Part shown: piece after piece, positions 26,600 through 38,799 of the stretch
Position numbering within the stretch: the first letter of the stretch is position 1
How the letters are laid out: each line of letters opens with the position of its first letter
DNA from: Welwitschia mirabilis
Taxonomy: Eukaryota
NCBI GenBank assembly: GCA_051453625.1
Contig: JBOZIK010000001.1
Coordinates: 22,671,822 to 22,735,821, forward strand
Direction of reading: 5' to 3'
DNA length: 64,000 nt
Position numbers and translations under genes: made by a program
Notes under the pieces: generated by a model
What the model was told of the DNA's origin: nothing
The model's input: the letters and a program-made list of their open reading frames with translations, nothing else
The model's database searches: none

Positions 26600-29500
26600 G
26601 ATCAAGATCTTTTTTTGTTCCTATAATAGGGCAAATTCTTCTAAATCAATCATTTTTTACTCCTTTCAATCTTGGGTTTTAGTAGGGGATCCTCTTTCTT
26701 TGTCCCTACGTGTTGATAGAGCCCCAGCCTACTTAGGTTCTTTTTTATGGATCTTTCTCTTAGATGTGGAAGGAGCCTTGTGAACCATGTTTGTTCTTGT
26801 ACTATCTCAATTTACCTTTTCCCTTCTCCGAAAGTCTACCTAATTGGAATAATACAAATGCTTAAGCTATCCCCTTTTCCATCTTTGCAAAAACTTTTGG
26901 CAAATTTACCTCTCAGCATATTCATATTATTTACAATTCTATCTCTAATGAAACACAATTGTCTTAGATCCTAAGTTATAACTATAAAAAGTTTTATATC
27001 CATTCTATAATCCGTTATGATTTTACAAAATTGGATTTTTATGTTGTTTATCAGGTTTTTAGTTCCCTCGGTAAATACCTCCTTTTTCTTTTGATTAAAC
27101 TCTCTTGTTAACTTATCTAGCTCTACAATACTAGAATAAAAAACTCTACCGATGTTTTTCCATGCCCCAAAAGTCTTTTGAATTACATTTTTCACTTTCT
27201 CTTCAAATCTACCTAAAAAATCATATAGCTTTAAAGTGTAGCAATCTAGACTCTAAGGTATAGATAATTCTTCAGTTCCAAGGCCTATTCTTTTCTCTAA
27301 TCGAACTTCCATGGATCTCAACTCATGTAGAAGTCTTATATTTTATTTTTATAAATTTTGACTTGTTGATTGGGTTGAATTTGGACATATTATTCAAATA
27401 TTATTCTTTATATCTGAAAAGGATTTATCCATTAATTCCTTAAGCTATTTCTCTTCCTTAAATACTAATGTCTGGTATATGTATTTTACTTTCAACCTTT
27501 TTTGAGAATGTATTTAAAATATATGAAAACTTATGATCAAATTAATGAATCTTTGGGATCTTGTCAAAATGATTCTTTATTAATCTTATGTCTTCCTAAA
27601 CTTGATTTTTTACTTCTGGTAATATTAGCTTTAATAATAAGCTAACAAGAGAAGGACCTGAAGTTTTTATTCCTATAGAGCCTACCCTTTCCGTTAACTT
27701 TTGGCATTATTTGATAAGTGTCATTCTGATTTAATGCTTCTATCCAAGTTTGTCTATAATTATTGGGCTATGTCTAAATCTTTATATATTCTCATTTATT
27801 TCCTACAGATGTGTATATGTTTTCTTTAAATATTCCTTGTTCACAAGCAGAGGACCTTCATTGTGCACAAATGTAATAAATTTTTATTAACACATAATAT
27901 AGTTAGTAACATACTTCTTTGATGTGGAGATGTTTTGTAGTGAAGAGGCCAATAATTCTTTTTTATTTCTTGGTAGAGATTTAGGAACATTCCTTTCTTT
28001 TAAAGCCATTTCTAACTTTGCAATCTGTTCATAGGCCATTCTTACTTTTCAAGTTTCCTCCTTATGAGCATCTGAAATCTGGAATCCCTCTGCTAGCTCT
28101 AGAAGCATTCCTTCATTTCAGAGCCATTTCTAACTTTGTAATCAATTCATAAGCCATTCTTAATTTTGAAATGGCCCCCTTTCAAGCATCTAAAATTTGG
28201 ACCCTCTCTACTCCACTAGCTATCTCTTGTTACAATTTATTATTTTCATTCTTTTCATGTTTCAAAACTCATTTTCTATTTTTAAACATAAAGTTTGATT
28301 CTAGAATCTAGAGATGTCTTTCTTTGTTCTTTTAAAATTTTGTAGTTCATCCTTAAAATAATTTAAGGTATTATAAAGAGTTCAATTTTATCTCCCTCTA
28401 ATGCTTTGAAGAAGGATTTTGGCTAAGACGAATAGGTGGAAAGCAACTACTCTATTGTTAATTGTATGGGGCATGCTCCTTCTACTTCTAGAGCTAGCGG
28501 AAGCAAGCCTATGCCTTATGGAATAGTTGAAGCTTCATCCAACCTTGATTGGTATAATTTCTATGGTAAACTCTATTCTTGTTTTACTTCTAAAACACTT
28601 AATTCTTTGGCTCAAAATAACGATTAAATGGTTAATTCAACTTAGCATTTATTCACTTTAGGGTTCACTCCCTTTTCTTTAAGCATTGTTATTATCAAGA
28701 AAGGAAAACCTAGCCTAATAACTCTAGATATTAAAACTTTTTCCATCTTTGTTATATGCCTCATTAAGTTCTAAAAGGTATTTATGGGAGAATTCTAGAA
28801 AGTAAAAATAAAGAGTGTGTTTTACTTATGAATTTATTTTTTAAGTTTTTAGTGTACTGGTGTGGAAAATAGAATCCACCATGTGTAATTTCTATGAAGG
28901 ACTCGTGTAATCTTCATGTAGGCATCATGTACAGTTGTTAGCATGTTTTAGAAGATGAAAGAAATATAATAAGTTTAGAGGAACAAATGTGTAAGAAATA
29001 AGTTATGCTTAGATACTATTTTTATTAAAAGGTATAAGAGACTAATGTTAAGAGGATTCTTTCATGATAAGGATTCCTCTCAGAGCATTATAAATAAGAG
29101 AATGTGAGGAGATTAAGGACATTATTTGAGGAATTCTTTGGAAGATGCTTTAGAAGTTAGAGTTAAGAAGGGAGAAGTGGGAGAGATTGGCTATATCAAC
29201 CTTTTTTTTTTCTTTTTGGTTATATCTTTGATAGCCTCTATCTAATATAGCCTAAGAACACTCATCTCTTTTTTCTTTTTGAGGATAGGGATAGATTATT
29301 AGTCATAATTCTTGTTATTATGAATAATTTTAGCTTAGAGTTTTTATCAAAATTAATTTTACCCTCTTTGTTTGAAAGTTTCCCTCATAAAGCCATGCTT
29401 ACCTTGGCATTCTCCTTTCTATTAAAAATTTTAATGGATCTTTTTTATTTTGATAATTGAGGTATATTTCTAATATCTTCTTAAGAGAAGGTAATCCTTG

Positions 29501-29700
29501 AATTATTCGTTGTTGTAACCATCATCCTATCCTTCTCAACATACCCCATACTTTTATAAAATTCAAAGACAATTTCAGCACTGTATTTTGCATTTAGAGT
29601 TAGACACTACCACGATTCTTAGTAAATTTTCTACATAAATTTTGTGAGATATGAGTTTGAAAGTAATTTTTCAAAGCTCACTAATGAAATAGCTTTAAAT
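26600..29700 (-). pseudogene. Degenerate retrotransposon extra ORF (putative plant transposon / env-like domain plus coiled coil), probably belonging to the Athila-like element
   Basis: Minus strand reads YSAEIVFEFYKSM...ITFS*EDIRNI...TNNLS...KVDIANL, then an insertion at ~28769-29183, then LMRHITKM...LGFPFLIITML. A coiled-coil-like stretch with a ~120-bp duplication (27980-28200) and ORF 26971-27195 follow. Confidence 0.55.
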
Positions 29701-32499
29701 TTTGTAAAATAAATGAGTTTTTAAAGTGAAATAATTTTTTTCTAAAACTTAAATTTAAATCAGATAAACTCTAAATTCAATTTTGTGAAACATTTTTCTT
29801 GCAAATTACTAAATAGTGCATATCATGTAAATTTACATTTAAATGTAAACCTGTGGTAAACTAGGCCATTTTTTTACTTGCATATAAAACAAGAAAATTT
29901 TGCATTATAAATTTTAAATTTTTAAGCATGATTTCAAAGTTTCAAATGTGAGGGCAAATTGCAAATCTTTTTCTTACCCTCGCTCTTAGTAAAGCTCTTC
30001 ATGCTCCTAAATGTAGCAAAAACACAAAATGAAACATGTACTAAATAAAGTACCTATTTCCTGAGTCTCCATGAAAGGGATTTAAGAAAATATTAACTCA
30101 AATGAAAATTTATAAACAAAGAATAAAAAGTATCTTATCTCCTTTGCTATTTTATAGCTAATAAGAGTTGTACATGCTAACCCAAAATTAATTACTACAT
30201 TAGCACTAGTAGGAGAAGCACTTGATAGCTAATTTGACATTCATGTGATCTTTCCAACTACTGAGATGAATGACTTAATCATGTGAAATGTGACATGGTG
30301 GATTAAAGGGATTTCATATAGATAAGAAGGTTTACAATTTTAATATGCAGTAGAGAATGGTTATTTAAAAGTTAAAGGGGATGCCTAATAGTTAAACGAG
30401 ATTTTCAAAAGGTCAACCCCTCCTTCAACAAACTTTTTATAGCTTATCAGTAAATAATTAGATTGAACTAAGTTTTAATTTAAAAATTAAGTTCTAGATT
30501 AGTAAATTATTCAATCTAGTAAGTTTAATTTGGTACCAAAGTTCTTACATCTTGAACTTCAAATAATGCATCTTCTATGAGCATAAAGAACTGAGCTAAT
30601 ATGTTAATAAGTTAATTTAATTTCTAATGCAAAGCTTTAGGCCTATTCTAGTAAATTAATCAACTTGATTCTTATTACATTTTGATATGCATATTTTATC
30701 TTTTTGAATGAATTGCAGGAATAAAGTTTTGCTGATTTAAGTTTTAACCTAGAGTTGTGGCATTAAATTATAGAATTAATTAGTGTAATAAATTTTTTTA
30801 AGAAAAAAATAATGTACCAAATCTCATAATCCTAAAATTTGCATTGCCAAATGCTTAGAAAAATACTAAACTAATCTCACAATTAATCTTAGTATTTGAC
30901 TATAGATTAAATACTTGATTAGTTTAGAGGTCTTTAATTAATGCACATCTTATTGAAGTGAAATTAGTGCATACATGGAATTTCATAAAGCCACTATTGT
31001 TATTAGGTATACTATTTACTATAATAAATGTTCCTTATTTTGGTTCATTGACTATTTTTCTAACACACGTTATAACATAAATTTTGATAAGTAAACACTT
31101 GTCAAAGAACTAAAGCAAATCAAATCAAACAACCACTATATAAAGCATAGATTTCTTAAGTAATCAATCACCCTCATCTTTAGTAACTATGTATAGAATT
31201 CATCTATACATTTCTTGGAAAGTTCTTTACCTATTATAGAGTTAAGCATGGCATGCCACTTTGCTGAGCTTTCCAACCCTTCTTATTTCCTAATTTTCAT
31301 CTTTGGCATCAAGAAAGTCAATGATTATTTATTCAACTTTGGTCTAACCCATATCGATATGTGCATTCAAAGTGTAGAACTTGTCTCTTCATAGATTGCA
31401 GTTAGGGCTAAGAATGTAGCAGAAACTTTTCTTTCTACTTACAAATCTATGACCAATGTTTCAAACCTGTTGGATTCCTTCCTTATGGGAGATGATAGGG
31501 AAATGTTCCATAATAGCATAACCCCTCCTTACTTTAGGCCTATGATTCATCACCTAGTTAATCAGTATCTAAGACTAAGGCCTGATAAGTTACATTATTT
31601 ACTCAACCAAGAAGAGTCATCCTATAATGTTTCTTTAAGTAAGTTAGCAAGATGATTGCAAGGATTGAAAAAAAGGGTTAATCAATAGCAAGGCATAAAC
31701 CCTACACTAAGTTTAGTAGATTTGAGTTTTGATAATAAGAATATTTGAACACTAGAGATTACATTAAACTTTAAAATGCACATCTAGAAGAGATACCAAT
31801 GCTTACAAAAACTTTGAATGAAATGTGCTTACTACCCTCTTCATCTGGATCCTTGGGGATTAGGAAGTCAAATAGGAAAAACAAGTCCATTAGCCATTTT
31901 AGGAAATAGAATCATATTCCTCCTTGGTCTTTTATCTTTATAATCCTATGCTTTACAACTACACTTAATTCTTTGACTCTTTTAACACATTTTATAAGAA
32001 AACTCTTCTCAATAAAAATTTTATGTTTTTACATTTTATGATATGGATTTTATTTATATATAGATGATCATATCAGTTACCTTGAAGAAAATTCTTCATC
32101 TTAAGTTAATAAACTACTTTAGATTTATTCAGAAAACTATAAAAAATCAAAAATATTTCCTTTTTGTTTTAACAAAAATTTAATTATCATGCACAAATTC
32201 CAAGTTAATACTCTAGATACACATTCCATCATACTCCAAAAATAAACATTTTTTTTTCACCTTACATATCATAATATATACATATAATAGAATAGTATTT
32301 ATGGAATGGTTTTCAAGATCTTAAGTGAAAATAAAACATGCAACCTCCTATTAAAGTCTTACCAAGTTAACTTCTCTTTTTTTAAGTAATCCAAGTTTCA
32401 TTCATAGCAATTCAAAAAGTGAATGTATGAAATGAATCTTTAAAGAAATAACATGACTTATTATTCTAGGATTTAGTTTATCTTAATATATAAAGTAGA

Positions 32500-35400
32500 A
32501 GTATCCTCTCCACTCTATGAGGGTTTCTTGAGTACTCTAATAAAGCTTTATGGTATGATACATTATTATTCGTTTCTTATTATCTTGATAAGTTACTTTT
32601 TAATAAAGTTTGTATATTTTTATGGCTTACTTTCCTATAATTTTAGTTATTTTATAAGGTCCAAGCTAATTCTATTCATATTTTTATTTTGAATGAAGCA
32701 TTTTAGAATCATAAACTATTACTAAATCCCCCACTTTGAAATTAATTTTTCTAATTTCATTATCATGCAATACATTTGTTTTCTACTAGATTAATTCTTT
32801 TCTTAAAAGAGCTTCTCTTCTATTTTTATTTAAAATATTTATGTTTTATGTTTGAAAACCATTATTCTTGAGCTTCACCTAATTCAAGTGGAAATGGTGT
32901 CCTCTTCTCATAAATCAATTTACATGGTGTGAATGTTGTATTATTTTTTTAAGACATCGTATAAGCCCACAAAGCTTCATTTAATTTTTCAACCAATCTA
33001 CTTTTCATATTTGTGATTTTAATTAATATTCTATTTAGTTCTCTATTTATTACCTCAACTCAACCATTGAATTAAGGATGATAGGTAGTAGAGAGTTTCT
33101 GATGGATTTCATACTTAAATTAAAGTTTGCTAAAAATCTCATTGTAAAGTGGATTTTCTTATTAAAAATGAGATTCCTAAGTACTTAACCTATAGATGAT
33201 ATTTAGTAGGAAAAGTTAATAATAGTTTGGGAAAAATAATGAGATACAACTTCAGCCTTAGCCCGCTTTGTTAGGAAGTTAGCAAAAATCAAGATATACT
33301 TCTTCCCATGTGATGAAGAATAAATAGGGCTAATAAAATATTGACTCCACATATCAAATGGTTTAATTTCTTGAATTCATTATTACGACATTTTAATCAT
33401 TGAGAGAATGCCCCTTCATTTTGGCATTTATTACAATTTTCGATGTAAACATGTGAATTCTTAAATACTGTAGGCTAGTAGTATCTCATATTAAAGATTT
33501 TTCATCCTTGTTCTTCTAGCACCATAATGTCCTCTATCTTCTCCTTAATGTGCTTCTTTATGATCTTTTTTTGAAAACTTTCCTCTATATGTCTTCTAAT
33601 GATATGATCTTATCATTTTCTAAATAAAAGCTTATCAAGTTGTATTTAATTTTTGATTTTTCTTAATAATATTTTCTTTTCATAGTAATTCATATAATGT
33701 AGCAATTTCTTACTAACTATGAAATTATGTATATCAGTATACTAAGGATTCATTTGGACTTTTGGGAGACATGCATTAGGGAACTCATTCCTTACATTTA
33801 TTTTTTTCCTCTTCATCATGAAAACCTAATCTTGATAGATACTCTACTACCATATCTTCTATTCCTTTTATATCAATAATTTTTAGATCAAATTTCTTTA
33901 TCAATAATATCCATCTCATAATCTTTGATTTGCCTCTTTTTTATTCATCAAAAATATAATAGCACCATGATTAGTATGTACTTCATATCTGAAAGTATAG
34001 TGCCTAAAATATTCTAGTATCATTACAATTGCTAATAATACTTTCATAGTTACTATGTAATTTTGTTGAGATAAATTTAAAATTTTATTTATATAAGTAA
34101 TAGCATAAGGTTTATTCTTATCATCTGTTTACCTTAACATAGCTCCCATGATATGGTTTAATGCATTAGTCATTATGTGAAAAAGTTTTAACTAGTTAGG
34201 CCCTTATCGAATAACTACTTTAATTAATTCATATTTCATAATTTGAGAGGCATCTTGACATTTTAGAGTCTAATCATACCCTATATCTTTCTGTAAAAAT
34301 TACTCAATGGTTGGGTAGTTTTATTAAAATTAGATATAAATCGTCTATGATAGCCCACATGTCTAAGAAAGATATCAATTTCTTTAGTTTAGTAGGGGGT
34401 GATATATATTTTATAGCACTAATATTCTTCTTATTAGTTTCTATTTCTTTCTAAGAGATTTTATGTCCTAAGATTATTCTTTGTGTTGTCATAAAATGAC
34501 TTTTAAGCCAACTTAATTTTGATCTTTCTCTTTACATATCTCTAAAACCTTTTCTAACCTATTAATAAATTCAACCAAAATCATTTCTAAAGGTTGAAAA
34601 GTTATCTATGAAGGATTCACTGATCTACCTATCATATCTTTAAAAATATTATTTACTAATCTTTACAATGTAGTTGGAGCATTTCATAAACCAAATAGTA
34701 ATACTTTAAAAGCATAAGTTCCCCCATGATAAGTAAAGGTTGTTTTGGCTTGATTTTCTAAAGCTGTAAGAACCTATTTATGAGCACTATATCCATCTAA
34801 GAAACTATAATATTGGTGTCTAGATATCCTTTCTAAAACTTAGTTTATAAAAAATAAATAAAAGTGATCTTTATAGGTTGCTACATCCAACATTGTAAAA
34901 TCTATACATTTTGGATGCCATTATAATAGGTCTAACCCACTTTGATTTTGATATAAAATAAATAACTTACATCTAACATTTATTAATTTATTATTTAATT
35001 ATTTCTTATGTATGTGGGTCATTCTCTCAGGTTACCTATTTGGTTTAATTGAGCTATCTAGATAAATCTTATGTTGGAAAATTCCTAGATCTATTTTTTT
35101 AATATTAGTATGATTTTAAGTAAAATCTTCTTCTTTTTTTCTTTTTTTTTTTGTTTTTTTAACTAACATTTTCTTAAGTTTCCTCTTTTAAAAATGAGTT
35201 AAATTACTATTGATGATTAAGTATTTAGTAGGAGACACTTCTATATATTCTAATCTTTTCTTAAGAGAAGGCTTATTCATTTCTTGAGGTGTTAATACAT
35301 TTTTCCTTATATTTTCCCTCATCTTCTTATTTTAGTACTATGTGTGCCTCTTGAATTATAATAGCATTTAGTCCTTGCTTCTATATCAAGTTCTATTCCC

Positions 35401-36070
35401 TCTATGATTCTAATATCTAATAATTTAATTTTTTTTTAAGTTCTCTTAAGCTAAATTTCGTTAACCCTTTCCTAGAGTAAATGGTGGCATTAGTAATGGG
35501 CATTCATAACCTTTTTAAAATAACTGAGGGAGTATCTCCTTGGGTTTTCTTTACTAAATATTTAGTTAAATAAATAAACTCTTAGAGTTCAATAGGTATA
35601 TTACTTATGACTCCTTTAGGTGTTACTACTAATCAATCTACTAAATAATCTTTCCCTTAATAGTGTGTTAGCTTTGATTTTCCTAGTTTCTTATAGGTAT
35701 TATAAGCCATAACATTAGTAATAGTTCCTATATTAACCAAAGCTTCCACTTCTAGTTTATTATTAACTTTTATATCTATCATGGAAGTTCGTCAACCACA
35801 ATACTTTTCTTATTTATTTTAAAGATTATTGTAAAGAAGTGGTGTAAAGACCTAAGAAACTTAATCTTTTTTAATCATCTCTATTTATTTTTCTTTGACT
35901 TTCTATTTATTCCTTTGTTCTGAGCACATATTTTTCATCTATCTCTAATACATAGAAACATCTTTTAGCATCTTTATAAGAGATAATGAAATTATTATGT
36001 CTTCTAAGACTTTAGATAAGTATTCTAAATCTTTTTCAACCTTACGATTCTCAATTTATTTTATTCTCAT
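32500..36070 (-). mobile_element. Degenerate Ty3/gypsy pol, Athila-like non-chromovirus (PR-RT-RH-INT), gag largely missing
   Basis: Minus strand: ALVNIGTITNVM (protease, ~35730); ATYKDHF...LERISRHQYYSFLDGYS...KTTFT...FGL*NAP (RT, 34670-34900); INT motifs GHYG, TTYHP*FNG*VEVINREL and LNEALWAY (32950-33530). Confidence 0.85.
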
Positions 36071-36198
36071 TAAAAAGAATAAATTTTTTTAATTGTTTAC
36101 TTACCTCTAATTTCCTGCACTAGTTTCTTCTTCTATAGGTAAGTGTAACGTTCACCTTCTAACAACCTAAAACTTCAAGTAAGGCTCTGATACCAAAA

Positions 36199-38013
36199 TG
36201 TAACATCTTGGTTTTTTATAGCTAAAAACTTCAAGTAACGTAGAAGATAACAGATAATTGATCTAAATTATAGGTTGTTAAATATTTAAACCAACTATTC
36301 TTAAATGAATCTACAACATGCATACATAAATACATTTCCTAAGTAACTATTGCATGGAAAGAAAATAACTAACTCATAAGTGCAAATAATTACTTCTTTA
36401 TATTTAAGATAATTTCAAGTACAGTATTGACAACATAACAATAATTATTACAAAGCTCTATAACAAAAAGTCATTTACATAATATACATGCAATTAAATA
36501 AGAAAACAAGATGACATCCAGTTTGTACTACAATCATAGTTCTTTCTAGCATCTTCATTTGTAGTGGGTCCTATACATGAAAGTATGGTATAATAATTAT
36601 AAACTTCATAGTTCCTAGTATGGCTCATGGCAAGGAATAGAAAGTTATAAGATTCCAAGCACAAAAAAGGAATTACGAGAATAATCATAATGTGATCAAG
36701 TCCCCATTTTGAATTTATCTTTTTTTATTGTTATTCTATAATAGACTGCAGTAATCCAGTTGCACACAATCAAGAGGGATAAATGGTAATTGGGTCACAC
36801 TTTTTCTATTCTTCTTAAACATAACCAAGAGGGATAAATAATAATTGGATTACACTTTTCCTATTCTTCTTAAAGCTTTAGTCCCATGGCCTTAGAACTC
36901 TCTTTAGACAGAATCATTCTCTGAGGTCTAAATAATTGGTTATCTTGGCTAGTTTTAATTCTCTAATTTAGAAATCTTTAAGCGAAAGTCGATGGTTAAA
37001 TAAGTCATAATTCACAACAATCTTGTCACAAAGCTTAAAACAAGATGGACAAGAGCCTGTGATGTAAAGATCAAAGGAAAACTATGATGCAAGGTGTACA
37101 TAATAAGAACAGAACATGCAAACTCCAAATGATATACAAGATACTAATGAAAGCTTTATGAAATGCAAATATTACAAGACAGAAAGGAAATTCAAGAACA
37201 ATACCAAACAAAATGAGAGATCATGAACCATACAAGAAATAAAATGAAAACCAAGAACCATACTTGAATTTAAGATGAGGACTCGAGAACTTTTAAAGAC
37301 TCTAAAGAATCCCAAGCTCTAAGGTATAAATCACCAAGATCCAATTACAGAGGATTTTTCAAGATATGAAATAAGAGAAGGAGAAAGTCCTATTTATAAT
37401 GATAAGATGTAGGGATGTGAAGAGATATAAGGAAATGAAGAGACACCTTAATGAAAAGAAAGTGGTGGGAATTTTATAACCTCTAATCATTTCCTTGCCT
37501 GACTAGTAGGTGCATAACATTTTATCATAACAAATAATAATGCTTATCATTCCATTACATGCAATTATTAAAAATAAGCCACCACATAATAATATTTTCC
37601 ATGTTAAATAAAGAAAACTGCAACAGCTACACAAGGAAGATAATATTAATACAACCACTATTTTAACCACTAACATAATTACTAATTTAGCAACTAATGT
37701 AACCACTAATATAACCACTAGTATAACCACTAAATTAACCACTAACATAACCACTAATTTATCCACGAATGTAACCACTAATTTAATCTCTAAAGATCAT
37801 AACTAAATTGCAAAAAGAATATTATGGCCATTACAAAATGAAATAACTTAAAATAATAATTGTAGCATACCAATTTTCTACAATATAATTGTATCTCAAT
37901 ATGAAAAGTAATTACAATAACTAAATTAGCTTTGTGGACTCTATAACAATAAAATTTATTTTAATTTAGTTTTTAATCTAAATCTTTAGACCTTTAGAAA
38001 TTTGGATGTGACA
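36199..38013 (-). mobile_element. Chromovirus (Tekay-like) LTR flanked by a PBS on one side and a PPT plus chromodomain remnant on the other
   Basis: Termini TGTAACATC...GATGTGACA. Perfect iMet PBS (rc TGGTATCAGAGCC) at 36183-36195. PPT and AAGTTTCAAGGAGGAAACTTTTTAAG motif at 38014-38050. Chromodomain-like VEEASWE at 38092-38112. TATA (minus strand) at ~37390. Confidence 0.75.
37651..37790. repeat. 12-bp tandem repeat (consensus ~TAACCACTAATn) within the LTR
   Basis: About 11-12 degenerate copies; these produce the spurious V/L/I-rich ORF 37503-37778. Confidence 0.85.
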
Positions 38014-38799
38014 TTTCTCCACTTCTTAAAAAGTTTCCTCCTTGAAACTTAAAGAAAGCTTAATTCTACTGTATAATACATCTATTTTATATTCCCAACT
38101 AGCTTCTTCGACTTTCTACTCTAACCCTTTCACTTTATAAATCTGATTTTCTCTTACTTCTAATCATATGCATTGCCAATTTTCCTATCAAAAACCATTA
38201 CTGCGAATCTACAATGAATTTTTCCTTATCCTTGATTTTCAATGGGGAATAAGGAATTAATACAATTTTGATCTTGGCCTTTGAAACTAAAGTAAATTTT
38301 AATCTTCAAATTCTAAACAATTATGATCCATTAACAATGAGCTAGTATAAATAAAAATAAAAATAATTTAATGATGCCACAAAATAAAAAGAAATATAAT
38401 TAATTTAAGAAAATTTTAAAATATCTTTGCAAAAAAAAAAAAAACTAAGGGATAATAAAGAAGTAAAATTAATATATATATTTGATTACAATGGAAAAAG
38501 GAGTTTACTCATGAATTAAAGTAAAGATAAAGATCAAAAACATTCATTAGTAAACTTCTCAATTAACTCATACTTTAAATAATTAGCTTAAATTTAGCAA
38601 CTTTAAGTTAACTTTTTAATAAATTTCTTAAAATAAACAAGCACGCTTATGTTTCATAATTTATTTACTATTACTCCTATTATTGTTATTATTATTATTA
38701 AATAATTAACAACTAGCCTTATCATTATTAATTATTTTATAACATTTCTTCATTTATCGAAATAACTTGGAAAGTTCCTAAACGTTGGAAAGAGCTGAA

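Noticed and set aside
37503..37778. Hydrophobic V/L/I-rich ORF resembling a membrane protein
   Set aside because: It is the translation of the 12-bp tandem repeat inside an LTR.
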